Shown one piece after another: positions 1 through 8,978 of a stretch of DNA of 64,000 bases (within the stretch, counting starts at the first letter, position 1; the number at the start of each line of letters is the position of its first letter). This stretch comes from Nitrospinota bacterium. GTDB lineage: Bacteria; Nitrospinota_A; UBA7883; JACRLM01. The stretch covers positions 43,763-107,762 of the forward strand of contig JACRLM010000031.1 in the NCBI GenBank assembly GCA_016235255.1, written 5' to 3'. The position numbers and the translations under genes are program-made. The notes under the pieces are model-generated. The model was not told the origin of the DNA, made no database searches, and saw nothing but the letters and a program-made list of their open reading frames with translations.

Positions 1-334
1 CAATCGCCCGCGCCAGGTCGGACTCTTTCATCCCCACATTGCGCCGTTCCGTGGCGGGGTCGAGCGTAAGAAGCTTTTGTCCCGCCTTGATCGCATCCCC
101 CGGCTCGTATGGAAACTCGGTCACCTCGCCTGAAGCTTTCGATTTTATCTCCACCTGCGAATCCGGCTCTATGGCCCCAGTGGCGGACACGGCCAGTGTG
201 ATGTCCCCTTTTGCAATCCGGGCGGTCCTGGTCTTTTCATTCTTTCCGGACGTGCCGTTGAATTTGAAGACCCCCGCACCGGCGATAATCACCGCGAGGA
301 TGGTGACAATGGCGATAATCTTCTTTTTGTTCAT
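1..334 (-). CDS. HlyD-family membrane fusion protein (efflux periplasmic adaptor), N-terminal part; the 3' end runs off the window
   Basis: Minus-strand translation from the ATG at 334 gives MNKKKIIAIVTILAVIIAGAGVF...ARIAKGDITLAVSATGAIEPDSQVEIKSKASGEVTEFPYEPGDAIKAGQKLLTLDPA. This is a signal-anchor followed by the typical HlyD/MacA N-terminal biotinyl-lipoyl-like hairpin. The listed + ORF 39..410 is its antisense artefact. Confidence 0.55.
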   Translation of the reverse strand, partial: MNKKKIIAIVTILAVIIAGAGVFKFNGTSGKNEKTRTARIAKGDITLAVSATGAIEPDSQVEIKSKASGEVTEFPYEPGDAIKAGQKLLTLDPATERRNVGMKESDLARAI

Positions 335-663
335 CTTTGCATTGTATCATCGGGAAGCGCATCGGCATATGTCCGCGATTCAGACTAACGCCAAGATGAA
401 AACGACCTGAAAAAGGACACTGTAACTGTCCGCAAAGAAGTCAAATCGCCATAAGTTTATATCAAAGCAAACACAAAATGGGGGGCAGGAAGTTTCCGCG
501 CGACAGTCATCTTGATGATATTATTGAATTTATAAATAGACACCGCGCGAAAAACCGTTTGGCGTATTAATTGCTTAATATCATGGGCAGACTTGTCGGT
601 TTCATCCAAACGCTATTATATAAGTTGGAATACAACGATTTGAATTTGGTGGGGGTGTTTCTT

Positions 664-1671
664 ATGTTTCGCAGGGCGGTAGCAGGATTGGCGCTTGCCG
701 GGTTGATGATGATAGCTGGCTGCAGCGGGGTGGGCGGGGAGAATGACACTTCCACTTCGGGCTCCTCTTCTACCGGATCGGGCTCCACCAAGGACCTGAG
801 CAAGATAGGGCAGACCCCCGACCTGACCTGGCACAACGATTATATGACCGGCTCCCACGCAAACTATTCGTGCGGGATCACCTGCCACCCCACGGACACG
901 GCGCTCACAAAAACTTCGGCGCGGACCTCCGGCCAAACCAAACCGGGGATGGCGCTCACCTCCACCCGGTCGGAAATCTGCTCCCAGTGCCATATGAGCA
1001 ATTACAACGCCGCGTCCAACTTCAAACATTCCCAGAATAACGTGGGCACATACTGCAACTCGTGCCACTATTCGGACAGCTTCACCTCCCATTCGCGCGT
1101 GAGCCACACGGAATTCCACTCCGTCATCACCACGAACTGCGAAAGCTGCCACTCGAACAGGTATCCTTCATCGCACTCGTCCTCTGGCAGGACCTCTGGC
1201 TGCGCCTCGTGCCACCAGTATTCCAGCGGCTCGTGGGGTCTCTCGTCCGGCGGCGCGCACACTTATACCAGTGGCTGCTCCTCTTGCCACAGCCCGACCA
1301 CGAACCATTCCGGCAGGTCCTCAAGCTGCGAAACGTGCCACACATACCCGACATGGACGGTGGCGCATACTTATACCTCCGGCTGTTCCTCTTGCCACAG
1401 CCCGACAACAGACCATTCCGGCAGGTCCAGCAGTTGCGAAACGTGCCACACATACCCGACATGGGCATGGTCGCACCCGGACGTAACTTCCGGATGCTCC
1501 TCGTGCCATAGCGGCCACTACAGCCCCTACTCCTGCGAGGGGTGCCACACGAGGGGCTTAAGCTGGGACTTCAGCCACAACTCGGTGAGTTCCTCCAACT
1601 GTATCGCCTGCCACGCCGACGGGTATGGAGATGACGGCGGCGAGGGCGGCCACGGCGGCGGCGACAACTAA
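664..1671 (+). CDS. Secreted multiheme c-type cytochrome lipoprotein (~12 heme-binding motifs), Ser/Thr/His-rich
   Basis: Lipoprotein signal MFRRAVAGLALAGLMMIAGC with lipobox IAGC. There are 11 CXXCH motifs (CSQCH, CNSCH, CESCH, CASCH, CSSCH x3, CETCH x2, CEGCH, CIACH) plus one CX3CH (CGITCH) in ~335 aa. Many extra His residues could serve as distal ligands. A GGGGGTG RBS-like stretch lies 8 nt upstream of the ATG at 664. Confidence 0.6.
   Translation: MFRRAVAGLALAGLMMIAGCSGVGGENDTSTSGSSSTGSGSTKDLSKIGQTPDLTWHNDYMTGSHANYSCGITCHPTDTALTKTSARTSGQTKPGMALTSTRSEICSQCHMSNYNAASNFKHSQNNVGTYCNSCHYSDSFTSHSRVSHTEFHSVITTNCESCHSNRYPSSHSSSGRTSGCASCHQYSSGSWGLSSGGAHTYTSGCSSCHSPTTNHSGRSSSCETCHTYPTWTVAHTYTSGCSSCHSPTTDHSGRSSSCETCHTYPTWAWSHPDVTSGCSSCHSGHYSPYSCEGCHTRGLSWDFSHNSVSSSNCIACHADGYGDDGGEGGHGGGDN
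1255..1470 (+). repeat. Internal tandem duplication (2 x 108 bp, ~90% identical) inside the multiheme cytochrome gene
   Basis: Unit 1 at 1255-1362 and unit 2 at 1363-1470 each encode AHTYTSGCSSCHSPTT(N/D)HSGRSSSCETCHTYPTW, a two-heme module. Confidence 0.8.
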
Positions 1672-1842
1672 AAAGCGCTCCGGAAGGCTGTGCCCCAGAG
1701 AAATTTAATACCGTATTTGGTGGCGCCGGCCTGGCTTGCCCTTACCTCTTGCGGCGGGCCATCCGGGGTGGTTCGTGGGACCATGAGGCGGAAAGCCTTC
1801 GCATGACATTCCGGTGGGGTCTTCTGCCAGGACAGAAAGGAT

Positions 1843-3351
1843 ATGACAACGGATTCCGCTGCGCCATGTGACACGGGCCGTGACCGCATGGCGGATTACC
1901 CCGTCCTTTTCATCGCCGGAACGCTCATAGCGCTGGCCCAGTACTTCCTTTTGCAGGAGGTCACCGCGCTTACCGCCGGCACCGAAATCGTGATACTGCT
2001 CGTCACGGTGGCTTACTTTTCAGGATTTTCCATCGGATACACTCTTTCCGGACGGATCTCCGAACCGGCCATAATAAAACTGATCGCGCTTTTTTTTCTT
2101 TTGCACCTTACGTTCCCGTTTTCATTACGGCTCCTGGCCGGGGCGCTGCATGAAATGCTTCCCGGCCTTGCGGCGCTGGCGCTTTTGTTCGTCACGGCGT
2201 TTGCGATGGTCTCCGTTTTTTCGATCCTCCTCCCGGCGTACATAGACAGGCGCGGGCCGGCCTCGCTCCCGGCGCTGTACGCCACCGAGCTTTGCGGAAC
2301 CGCCTTCGGATTCGCCGTGATATTCGGCGTGGGGGCCGCCCAGGCTTACGCTGTGGCGGCGATTTACCATGTGGCGTTCGCGGCCCTGGTGGGCGCCGTG
2401 TTCTGGAACATGAAAGCGGCCTTGGCGGCGCTTGCATTGGCCGGTGTTTCCGTGTTCATGTCCTCTTCGATGGACCGGTGGTCGCTATCCTATTTCTATG
2501 AGCGCGCTTTCGGCGTCAAAGACGCCCAGACCCTCTACAGCGTGTACAGTCCATATCAGAAGGTGGACATTATCGAGGCAAAGTCCGGATCGCGAAGGCT
2601 GTACCTTAACGGGCTTTTGTTTTACGGCTCCGGCTCGCTGCGCCAGTTCAACCTGTACCTGACGAGGCTTCCGGTGGAGCTTGCCGCCCCGGCAAATACG
2701 CTTATCATAGGCTCGGGATCCATGGAGTCCGTCGCGTATGCGTCACAAAAATCGGCCAGCGTCACCACGGTGGAAATAGACGAGGCGGTGATAAAAGGGA
2801 GCCTGGCCTATTTCACAGATGTGAACATGGGCGGGAAAATACCCGGTTGGCGCTACGTGGTGGACGACGGCAAGCATTTCCTGGGATCGGGCGTGGAGAA
2901 ATATGACCTGATATCCGTGGACGTGCCTGCGCCTTTCACCATACAGACCGGGCTTGTATATTCGGAGGACTTCATGCGGCTTGCGCGCGGGAGGCTCTCG
3001 CCCAAAGGCGTTTTCTCAATTTCGTTGTGCGGCAGGATAGATGACGGAGGGATGATCGCCACGGCTGTGGCCGCCGCTGTGCTGAACACCTTTGACGGCG
3101 TGATAATCCACACTCCCGAAAAATCCCCATACAGTTTCGCGTTGGCCGGGCATAAACTCCCTTTCACAAAAGAGCAGGCCGCGCGATTGATCGGGCAGTA
3201 CGGCGGCGGGACCGTGAAAATAATGGACAAAGCCGAGGCGATGGCGGCGGTGGGGGGCGCAAAGCCGATCAGGTGGGACGATCCTAGCCTGCCGGTGAAG
3301 GCCAGCTTGCGGCGGACCGCGAAAAAATTCTTCCCCGCGGAGGGGAGATGA
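1843..3351 (+). CDS. Spermidine-synthase-like (polyamine aminopropyltransferase fold) protein fused to an N-terminal polytopic membrane domain
   Basis: The N-terminal ~200 aa are hydrophobic with multiple TM helices. The C-terminal half (YQKVDIIEAKSGSRRLYLNG...LIIGSGSMESVAYA...VTTVEIDEAVI...DLISVDVPAP) matches the SpeE-like Rossmann methyltransferase/aminopropyltransferase fold. AAAGGA lies upstream of the ATG at 1843. An alternative start is at 1888. Confidence 0.5.
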   Translation: MTTDSAAPCDTGRDRMADYPVLFIAGTLIALAQYFLLQEVTALTAGTEIVILLVTVAYFSGFSIGYTLSGRISEPAIIKLIALFFLLHLTFPFSLRLLAGALHEMLPGLAALALLFVTAFAMVSVFSILLPAYIDRRGPASLPALYATELCGTAFGFAVIFGVGAAQAYAVAAIYHVAFAALVGAVFWNMKAALAALALAGVSVFMSSSMDRWSLSYFYERAFGVKDAQTLYSVYSPYQKVDIIEAKSGSRRLYLNGLLFYGSGSLRQFNLYLTRLPVELAAPANTLIIGSGSMESVAYASQKSASVTTVEIDEAVIKGSLAYFTDVNMGGKIPGWRYVVDDGKHFLGSGVEKYDLISVDVPAPFTIQTGLVYSEDFMRLARGRLSPKGVFSISLCGRIDDGGMIATAVAAAVLNTFDGVIIHTPEKSPYSFALAGHKLPFTKEQAARLIGQYGGGTVKIMDKAEAMAAVGGAKPIRWDDPSLPVKASLRRTAKKFFPAEGR

Positions 3352-3887
3352 ACGGATCAGCGGGGCTAAAGACTTTATACGTGTTCATGATGGGGTTTTT
3401 TCTCGCCCTCACGCAGACCGGCTTTTTTTTCGGAATGGAGATATTTTTCACCTCCGCTTTCGCCGGATTCGGCGCTGTGGCCGGCGGCTGGCTTCTGGGA
3501 AGCGCGGCGGGGCTTTTCATCGCAAAAGCGCGAATATGGGGGAGCGGCGCCGTCCGCGCGCAGATTGCCCACATAGCCTTGTGCCTTGCCGCGTACTACG
3601 CCTTGCAATGGGGATTGCGGACGGCTCCTTTCGACACGGCGCTGGCGCCTGTGTACATAGTCCTCATCGCCGTCTCAGGATCGCAGGCCGGAGCTTTCTT
3701 TGCCCGGAGCGGCGGGATTTTCCCCACAGCCTCGCGGCTTTATCTGTGGGAGAACAACGGGTTCATCGCCGGGTGGGTGGCCGGATTCGCAGGGTACGTT
3801 TTCATGGGGAGCGGATTTACATTATGGGCGCCAGCATTGGCCGCCGCGCTCACGGCCTCGTTGGGAAACAGGGCGCACAAGGCCTGA
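3348..3887 (+). CDS. Hypothetical polytopic membrane protein, translationally coupled (ATGA overlap) to the SpeE-like gene
   Basis: The start overlaps the upstream stop at 3348-3351. The product has 5-6 predicted TM helices rich in G/A/F and no recognisable family motif. Confidence 0.45.
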   Translation: MNGSAGLKTLYVFMMGFFLALTQTGFFFGMEIFFTSAFAGFGAVAGGWLLGSAAGLFIAKARIWGSGAVRAQIAHIALCLAAYYALQWGLRTAPFDTALAPVYIVLIAVSGSQAGAFFARSGGIFPTASRLYLWENNGFIAGWVAGFAGYVFMGSGFTLWAPALAAALTASLGNRAHKA

Positions 3888-4089
3888 TCCCCTTGCGCCA
3901 TCCGGGAAGCCGCCACCAGTGCGGTCACAATCAGGCCTGCTTTCAGCTCTTTCAGTACGTTCCCTGCGCTCAGTTCGTTCAGATGCGGCTTTTCATTCTG
4001 TCCGCCTTCCAATCTGCGGGCCATACGGGTATATTCAGCTTGTGAAAGGCGGATAGCCTCCGCCGCCTTATGAATGGAAGGATGCTGAC

Positions 4090-5349
4090 ATGGACGGAAA
4101 AATCGCGGTCCCGGCTTACATGGCGGACTTTGCATGCCTTGGCGGCGAGTGCGACATGACATGCTGCCGTGTATGGGATGTCCCCTATGATGACGCGGCG
4201 TTTGACCGCTTGCAATCGGCCATGAGCCGGGATGAGTGGGCCGCAACCCTGAAAAATTTCCGCGCTCCCGATGTGGAGATAAAGGGGGCGAAGAGCATAG
4301 TAAAACTGCGGCCGGACGGTTATTGCGTATTTTTCGATGACAAAGGGCTCTGTTCCATACAGGGGAAGTACGGGGAGATGCGCCTTGGCGACGTTTGCGC
4401 CAAATACCCGCGCCAGTTCATCGGAATCGGGAACAGGATAGAGATGGTCGGCTGCCTTTCATGTCCGGAAGCTGTCCGGGGCCTTATCGCCAAGGGGGCG
4501 GCGCATGTGGCGGTAAAAGAGCCCTCATCGCTGCCACGGCCGGACTTGCTCACGCTCAAGCATTTTGTGGACACATCGTCCGCAAGTCTTTACCAAAGCG
4601 CATTTGACGATGTGCGGGGCGTTCTGCTTCAGCTATTGCAGGACGCTTCCCATCCGTTGGACACGCGACTTTTTCTGGCCAGCTATTTCGCCTCCCGCAC
4701 ATCCACTTTCTTCAGGAAAGGGGCCGGACGTGAGCATGCCGGGAAATTGGCCGTGGAGATAAAGAATATATTGTCGTCTGCGGCGCAGATGGAGCTTAAG
4801 GCCGGTTTTGACTCGATCAGTTTTTCCAGCAAGCTTGCCGTCTCCACCATCCGCGGCGTTCTGGAAGTCCGGGCCAAAACAAAAAGCGTCTTCCCGGAAT
4901 ATGTGGAGCTTATCGGGAAAATCGCGGACCATTACGCAGGCGAATCCTCGTCGGACGCTCTCTGGAAAGCGTATGAAGGGAGCAAATCCGCCGCGCCGCA
5001 ATCAGTGCGGGACTATTTTGACAGGCTGCTCGGCAATTACTGCGCGGAGCATTTGTTGTCCACCCCATATATAGTTGAAGAGGAGCTTCTTTCGTACATC
5101 GTGCTGCTCCTTTTGCGGGTGGCGGCGCTGCGTTTCATTTTCTACAGCCATCCGGACATTTATGAATTTCAGCATGAGGTGGACAAAATTCCGGAGGAAG
5201 ATTTTTATGGACGTCTGGCCGTGAAGACAGTGGTCTTTTTCACGAAAAACCTGGAGCACAACCTGGGTTACATGGAAGAGGTCAAAAAAGCGCTTGGGGG
5301 CGGCGGGATGTTCTCGCTGGCGCACGCGGCGGTCTTTATCAGGATGTGA
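4090..5349 (+). CDS. FliB-like flagellin lysine-N-methylase (YkgJ / CxxCxxCC-type Cys-rich family)
   Basis: The N-terminal FACLGGECDMTCCRVWDV (C-x4-C-x3-CC) matches my recollection of Salmonella FliB (FSCSGSACRDHCCKGWKI). The second cluster CVFFDDKGLCSIQGKYGEMRLGDVCAKYPR matches the FliB CPYLDEHRLC...C.SYPR block, and LSCPEAVRGLI matches LSCPEAARIIL. Confidence 0.55.
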   Translation: MDGKIAVPAYMADFACLGGECDMTCCRVWDVPYDDAAFDRLQSAMSRDEWAATLKNFRAPDVEIKGAKSIVKLRPDGYCVFFDDKGLCSIQGKYGEMRLGDVCAKYPRQFIGIGNRIEMVGCLSCPEAVRGLIAKGAAHVAVKEPSSLPRPDLLTLKHFVDTSSASLYQSAFDDVRGVLLQLLQDASHPLDTRLFLASYFASRTSTFFRKGAGREHAGKLAVEIKNILSSAAQMELKAGFDSISFSSKLAVSTIRGVLEVRAKTKSVFPEYVELIGKIADHYAGESSSDALWKAYEGSKSAAPQSVRDYFDRLLGNYCAEHLLSTPYIVEEELLSYIVLLLLRVAALRFIFYSHPDIYEFQHEVDKIPEEDFYGRLAVKTVVFFTKNLEHNLGYMEEVKKALGGGGMFSLAHAAVFIRM

Positions 5350-5416
5350 TTCCGGGCTTCATTCGGCGGCGTTTAACTAGTAGAATACGGCGGTTGGTTT
5401 TTATTAAGGAGACGAA

Positions 5417-6625
5417 ATGTCCAGGAAGATAAACAAGGTGGTCCTTGCCTATTCGGGCGGGCTGGACACCTCTGTCATAGTCCGGTGGCTCATCGAAAAT
5501 TATGGATGCGAGGTTGTCTGCTTCGCCGCCGACCTGGGGCAGGGGGAAGAACTAAAACCACTTCACGCCAAGGCGAAGGCCTCCGGCGCGTCCGGGCTTG
5601 TTATCCGGGACCTGAAGGAAACGTTCGTCAACGATTTCGTTTTCCCGATGCTGCGCGCCAACGCCATATATGAAGGGTCATACCTTTTGGGCACGTCCAT
5701 CGCCAGGCCGCTCATCGCCCGGGAGCAGGTGGCCATCGCCCGGGAAACCGGGGCGGACGCCGTTTCCCACGGCGCCACCGGCAAAGGCAACGACCAGGTG
5801 CGGTTCGAGCTGACGTTCGCCGCGCTCAATCCGTCGTTAAAATGCGTCGCCCCGTGGAGGGAGTGGAATTTCAAGTCGCGCGAGGACTTGATGAAATACG
5901 CGGCAAAATGGAAAATCCCTGTCTCCACCACGAAGAAAAAACCGTGGTCCATGGACAGGAACCTTCTGCACCTTTCGTTCGAAGGCGGGATTCTGGAAAA
6001 TCCGTGGAGCGCGCCGCCGGACGAAATGTTCGTATTGAGCGTGTCGCCGAAAAAAGCTCCGGACAAGGAGACTGTGCTGACCATCGGCTATAAAAAAGGC
6101 AACCCGGTCTCCATCAACGGCAAGGAGATGAGCCCGGCGAAACTGCTGGCTAGGCTGAACGAGCTTGGCGGGAAGAACGGCATCGGCCGGGTGGACCTAG
6201 TGGAGAACCGGTTCGTCGGGATGAAATCGCGCGGGGTGTATGAGACCCCCGGCGGGACCATATTGCACGCGGCGCACAGGGCTGTGGAATCGCTGACCCT
6301 CGACCGCGAGGTTTTGCGGCTGCGTGACTCGCTGATTCCCCAATACGCGGCGATGGTGTACAACGGATTCTGGTATTCGCCGGAGCGGGAGAACCTGCAG
6401 ACGTTGATAGACGAAATCCAGAAACCGGTGACAGGCGAGGCGCGTGTGTCGCTATACAAGGGAAGCGTCGCGGTGCTTGGCCGCCGTTCCCCCAATTCGC
6501 TGTTCGATCCGCGCTACGCCACCTTCGAGGCGGACACCGTTTACAACCAGGCCGACGCGGAAGGTTTTATACGGCTCAACGCGCTGCGGTTGAGGATCCG
6601 GGCGTTGGCCAAAAAGAAGCGATAA
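5417..6625 (+). CDS. argG: Argininosuccinate synthase
   Basis: [18 protein letters not shown] is the PP-loop ATP pyrophosphatase motif. The protein is full length at 402 aa. RBS AGGAGA is upstream. Confidence 0.95.
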   Translation: MSRKINKVVLAYSGGLDTSVIVRWLIENYGCEVVCFAADLGQGEELKPLHAKAKASGASGLVIRDLKETFVNDFVFPMLRANAIYEGSYLLGTSIARPLIAREQVAIARETGADAVSHGATGKGNDQVRFELTFAALNPSLKCVAPWREWNFKSREDLMKYAAKWKIPVSTTKKKPWSMDRNLLHLSFEGGILENPWSAPPDEMFVLSVSPKKAPDKETVLTIGYKKGNPVSINGKEMSPAKLLARLNELGGKNGIGRVDLVENRFVGMKSRGVYETPGGTILHAAHRAVESLTLDREVLRLRDSLIPQYAAMVYNGFWYSPERENLQTLIDEIQKPVTGEARVSLYKGSVAVLGRRSPNSLFDPRYATFEADTVYNQADAEGFIRLNALRLRIRALAKKKR

Positions 6626-6679
6626 AGGTTGGCATGGGGCGGATGGCAAGTCCGTCCCATGTATCCACACAGGAGATCA

Positions 6680-8800
6680 ATGACCCACCCATCCGTTGAC
6701 CTCGCCTCTCCAGTGCAGTTCCTCAAGGGTGTGGGGCCGCGCCGGGCGGAGCTTCTGGGCAAACTTGGAATCCAGACAGTGCGGGATCTTTTGAATCATT
6801 TCCCGCAGCGCTACGAAGACCGCGCCGCAATCAAACCGATAGCCCAGACCCAGGTGGACAATCTGGAGACCGTGCGGGGCGTCGTGAAAAACGTTTCCGT
6901 ATCCCCCATGGGGCGCACCCGGAAAAAAGTGTTCGAGGCGGCGTTCGCCGACAAGTCCGGCGTCATCCGCGCCATATGGTTCAAGTTTCCCGAAAAGGCG
7001 TATCTGCAAAGGTACGCCGTGGGGACGGAATGGATAGTTTCCGGCAAGGTCACTGTCAATAAATTCCGGGGCAACAAGGTGATCATCCACCCGGAGACCG
7101 AGGAGGCGGACATTGAACCGGGGGACGAGGGCGCCGCTGATTCATATAAAATCGTCCCCATATACCCCCTCACGGAAGGGCTTATCCAGCGGGCCTTGCG
7201 CGGCATCATAAAATCGGCCGAGCCGTTGATAGAACATATCGCCGACTTTATCCCCGATGAACTTAATGAGCGGTACAAACTGCCGGGGCTTGCGGAAAGC
7301 ATGGCGTATATCCATTCCCCCCCGCCGGATGCGGACGTGAACTCTCTAAACGAGTTTGAGGACCGCCACCAGAAAAAGCTTATCTTCAACGAGTTCTTCC
7401 TCGTGCAGACCGGCCTTGCGCTGAAGCATGGGACCGCCCGCGCCAAAATCCCCGGCGTGGCGATGGGGGTGGAGAGCGCGTTGATGGAAAAAATCCGATC
7501 CGTGTTCCCCTTTCCGTTGACGGGGGCGCAGAAACGGGCGCTAGGCGAGATCACGGCGGACATGACTTCCGACAAGCCGATGAGCAGGTTGCTGCAAGGG
7601 GACGTTGGAAGCGGGAAGACCGCCGTGGCCCTCTCCGCCGCGTTGATCGCCGTGCACAACCGCAAACAGGCCGCCATAATGGCCCCCACGGAGATATTGG
7701 CGAACCAGCATTACAAAAACATAAGCAGGGCGCTTGGCGCCACAAAAGTTCGCGTCGAACTTATAACTTCAGGTTCGGACGGAAAGAAGGAGGCCATATC
7801 CCGCGCCATGAGCGGCGAGGCGCACATCATCATCGGCACACACGCGTTGATACAGGAAGGGGTGGATTTCCACAACCTTGGGCTTGTGATAATAGACGAG
7901 CAACACAGGTTCGGTGTGCGCCAGCGGGCGGAGCTTATGAAACGCGGCGTCCACGCACACACTCTGATAATGAGCGCCACGCCGATCCCACGGACGCTGG
8001 CGATGACACTATATGGCGACCTTGACGTGTCGGTGTTGGACGAAATGCCGCCCGGGCGCACCCCCATCTCAACGAAAATCCATGAGCCGGAGCAGCGCCG
8101 CCGCGCCATCGAATTAGTGCGCGACGAAGTGAAAAAAGGGAGGCAGGCGTATATCATTTATCCGTTGGTGGAGGAGAGTGAGAAGCTGGAATTAAAGGCC
8201 GCCGTCACCATGTTCGAGCATCTGCGCGAAGGTGATTTCGCCGGATTGCGGCTCGGCCTCACCCATGGCCGGATGAAAAGCGCGGAGAAGGACGAGGTGA
8301 TGGAACGGTTCGGCCGGGGGGAGATAGACATACTCGTCTCCACCACGGTGATAGAGGTGGGGATAGATTACCCCAACGCCACGGTGATGATGATAGAGCA
8401 CGCGGACAGGTTCGGCCTAAGCCAGCTTCACCAATTGCGCGGGCGGGTGGGGCGCGGGACGCATTCTTCGCATTGTTTGTTGATGGCCGAATGCCACCGT
8501 GGCGCTCCAGGATGGGACAGATTGAAGGTGATGGAAAAATTTCAGGACGGATTCAAGATCGCCGAGGAAGACCTTGCGCGGCGCGGCGCCGGCGACTTTT
8601 TCGGATCGAAACAATCAGGATTGCCGGAATTTAAAATCGGGGATATATTGCGCGACCACCGCATACTTGCCGAAGCCCGCAAGGCGGCCTTTGCCTTGGT
8701 GGAAGAAGACCCTAAACTGGCGAAACCGGAGAACGCGAAATTATTGAAAGCGGTGAAGGAGAATTGGAAGGACAGGTTTGAATTGGGGGAGGTGGGATAG
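6680..8800 (+). CDS. recG: ATP-dependent DNA helicase RecG
   Basis: The N-terminus PVQFLKGVGPRRAELLGKLGIQTVRDLLNHFPQRYEDR is the RecG signature. Helicase motifs GDVGSGKT, DEQHRFG and QLHQLRGRVGRG are present. Start chosen at the ATG at 6680 (MTHPS), preceded by AGGAG. Confidence 0.9.
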   Translation: MTHPSVDLASPVQFLKGVGPRRAELLGKLGIQTVRDLLNHFPQRYEDRAAIKPIAQTQVDNLETVRGVVKNVSVSPMGRTRKKVFEAAFADKSGVIRAIWFKFPEKAYLQRYAVGTEWIVSGKVTVNKFRGNKVIIHPETEEADIEPGDEGAADSYKIVPIYPLTEGLIQRALRGIIKSAEPLIEHIADFIPDELNERYKLPGLAESMAYIHSPPPDADVNSLNEFEDRHQKKLIFNEFFLVQTGLALKHGTARAKIPGVAMGVESALMEKIRSVFPFPLTGAQKRALGEITADMTSDKPMSRLLQGDVGSGKTAVALSAALIAVHNRKQAAIMAPTEILANQHYKNISRALGATKVRVELITSGSDGKKEAISRAMSGEAHIIIGTHALIQEGVDFHNLGLVIIDEQHRFGVRQRAELMKRGVHAHTLIMSATPIPRTLAMTLYGDLDVSVLDEMPPGRTPISTKIHEPEQRRRAIELVRDEVKKGRQAYIIYPLVEESEKLELKAAVTMFEHLREGDFAGLRLGLTHGRMKSAEKDEVMERFGRGEIDILVSTTVIEVGIDYPNATVMMIEHADRFGLSQLHQLRGRVGRGTHSSHCLLMAECHRGAPGWDRLKVMEKFQDGFKIAEEDLARRGAGDFFGSKQSGLPEFKIGDILRDHRILAEARKAAFALVEEDPKLAKPENAKLLKAVKENWKDRFELGEVG

Positions 8801-8834
8801 CGCGGCTATATATAGATCGCCATGCTCGCGCCAT

Positions 8835-8927
8835 GTCATCCCGGAAGCCGTAATCGGCTATCCGGGATCACGGTATACAAGGGGCAACCCGGTGGGGGTC
8901 GCCTGAGGGCAAGCCAGCGGCTTGCCC
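8835..8927. repeat. REP-like palindromic intergenic element (two adjacent hairpins)
   Basis: Hairpin 1: GTCATCCCGGAAGCC-gtaatc-GGCTATCCGGGAT (8835-8868). Hairpin 2: GGGCAAGCC-agc-GGCTTGCCC (8907-8927). The hairpin-1 arm reappears in inverted orientation at 35752-35783. Confidence 0.45.
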
Positions 8928-8978
8928 CTACAAGGCGCTGATGCCGGATCAAGTCCGGTATGACAATTATTGAGCGCT

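Noticed and set aside
39-410. Listed + strand ORF of 123 aa at the left edge
   Set aside because: Low-complexity, non-protein-like translation. The opposite strand encodes a clear HlyD-family N-terminus from ATG 334, so the + ORF is antisense noise.
3740-4246. 168-aa minus-strand ORF (and the shorter internal MARRLEGG... start) in the gap between the membrane protein gene and the FliB-like gene
   Set aside because: It overlaps the 3' 148 nt of the translationally coupled + strand membrane gene and the 5' end of the FliB-like gene. There is no RBS or domain. Codon bias alone is not discriminating in this GC-rich DNA. A small real ORF in 3890-4080 cannot be fully excluded.
6626-6680. Hairpin CATGGGGCGGA-tggcaag-TCCGTCCCATG after argG
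   Set aside because: Imperfect stem with a bulge and no downstream T-tract. It also overlaps the recG RBS region. More likely incidental, or an RNA structure affecting recG translation, than a terminator.
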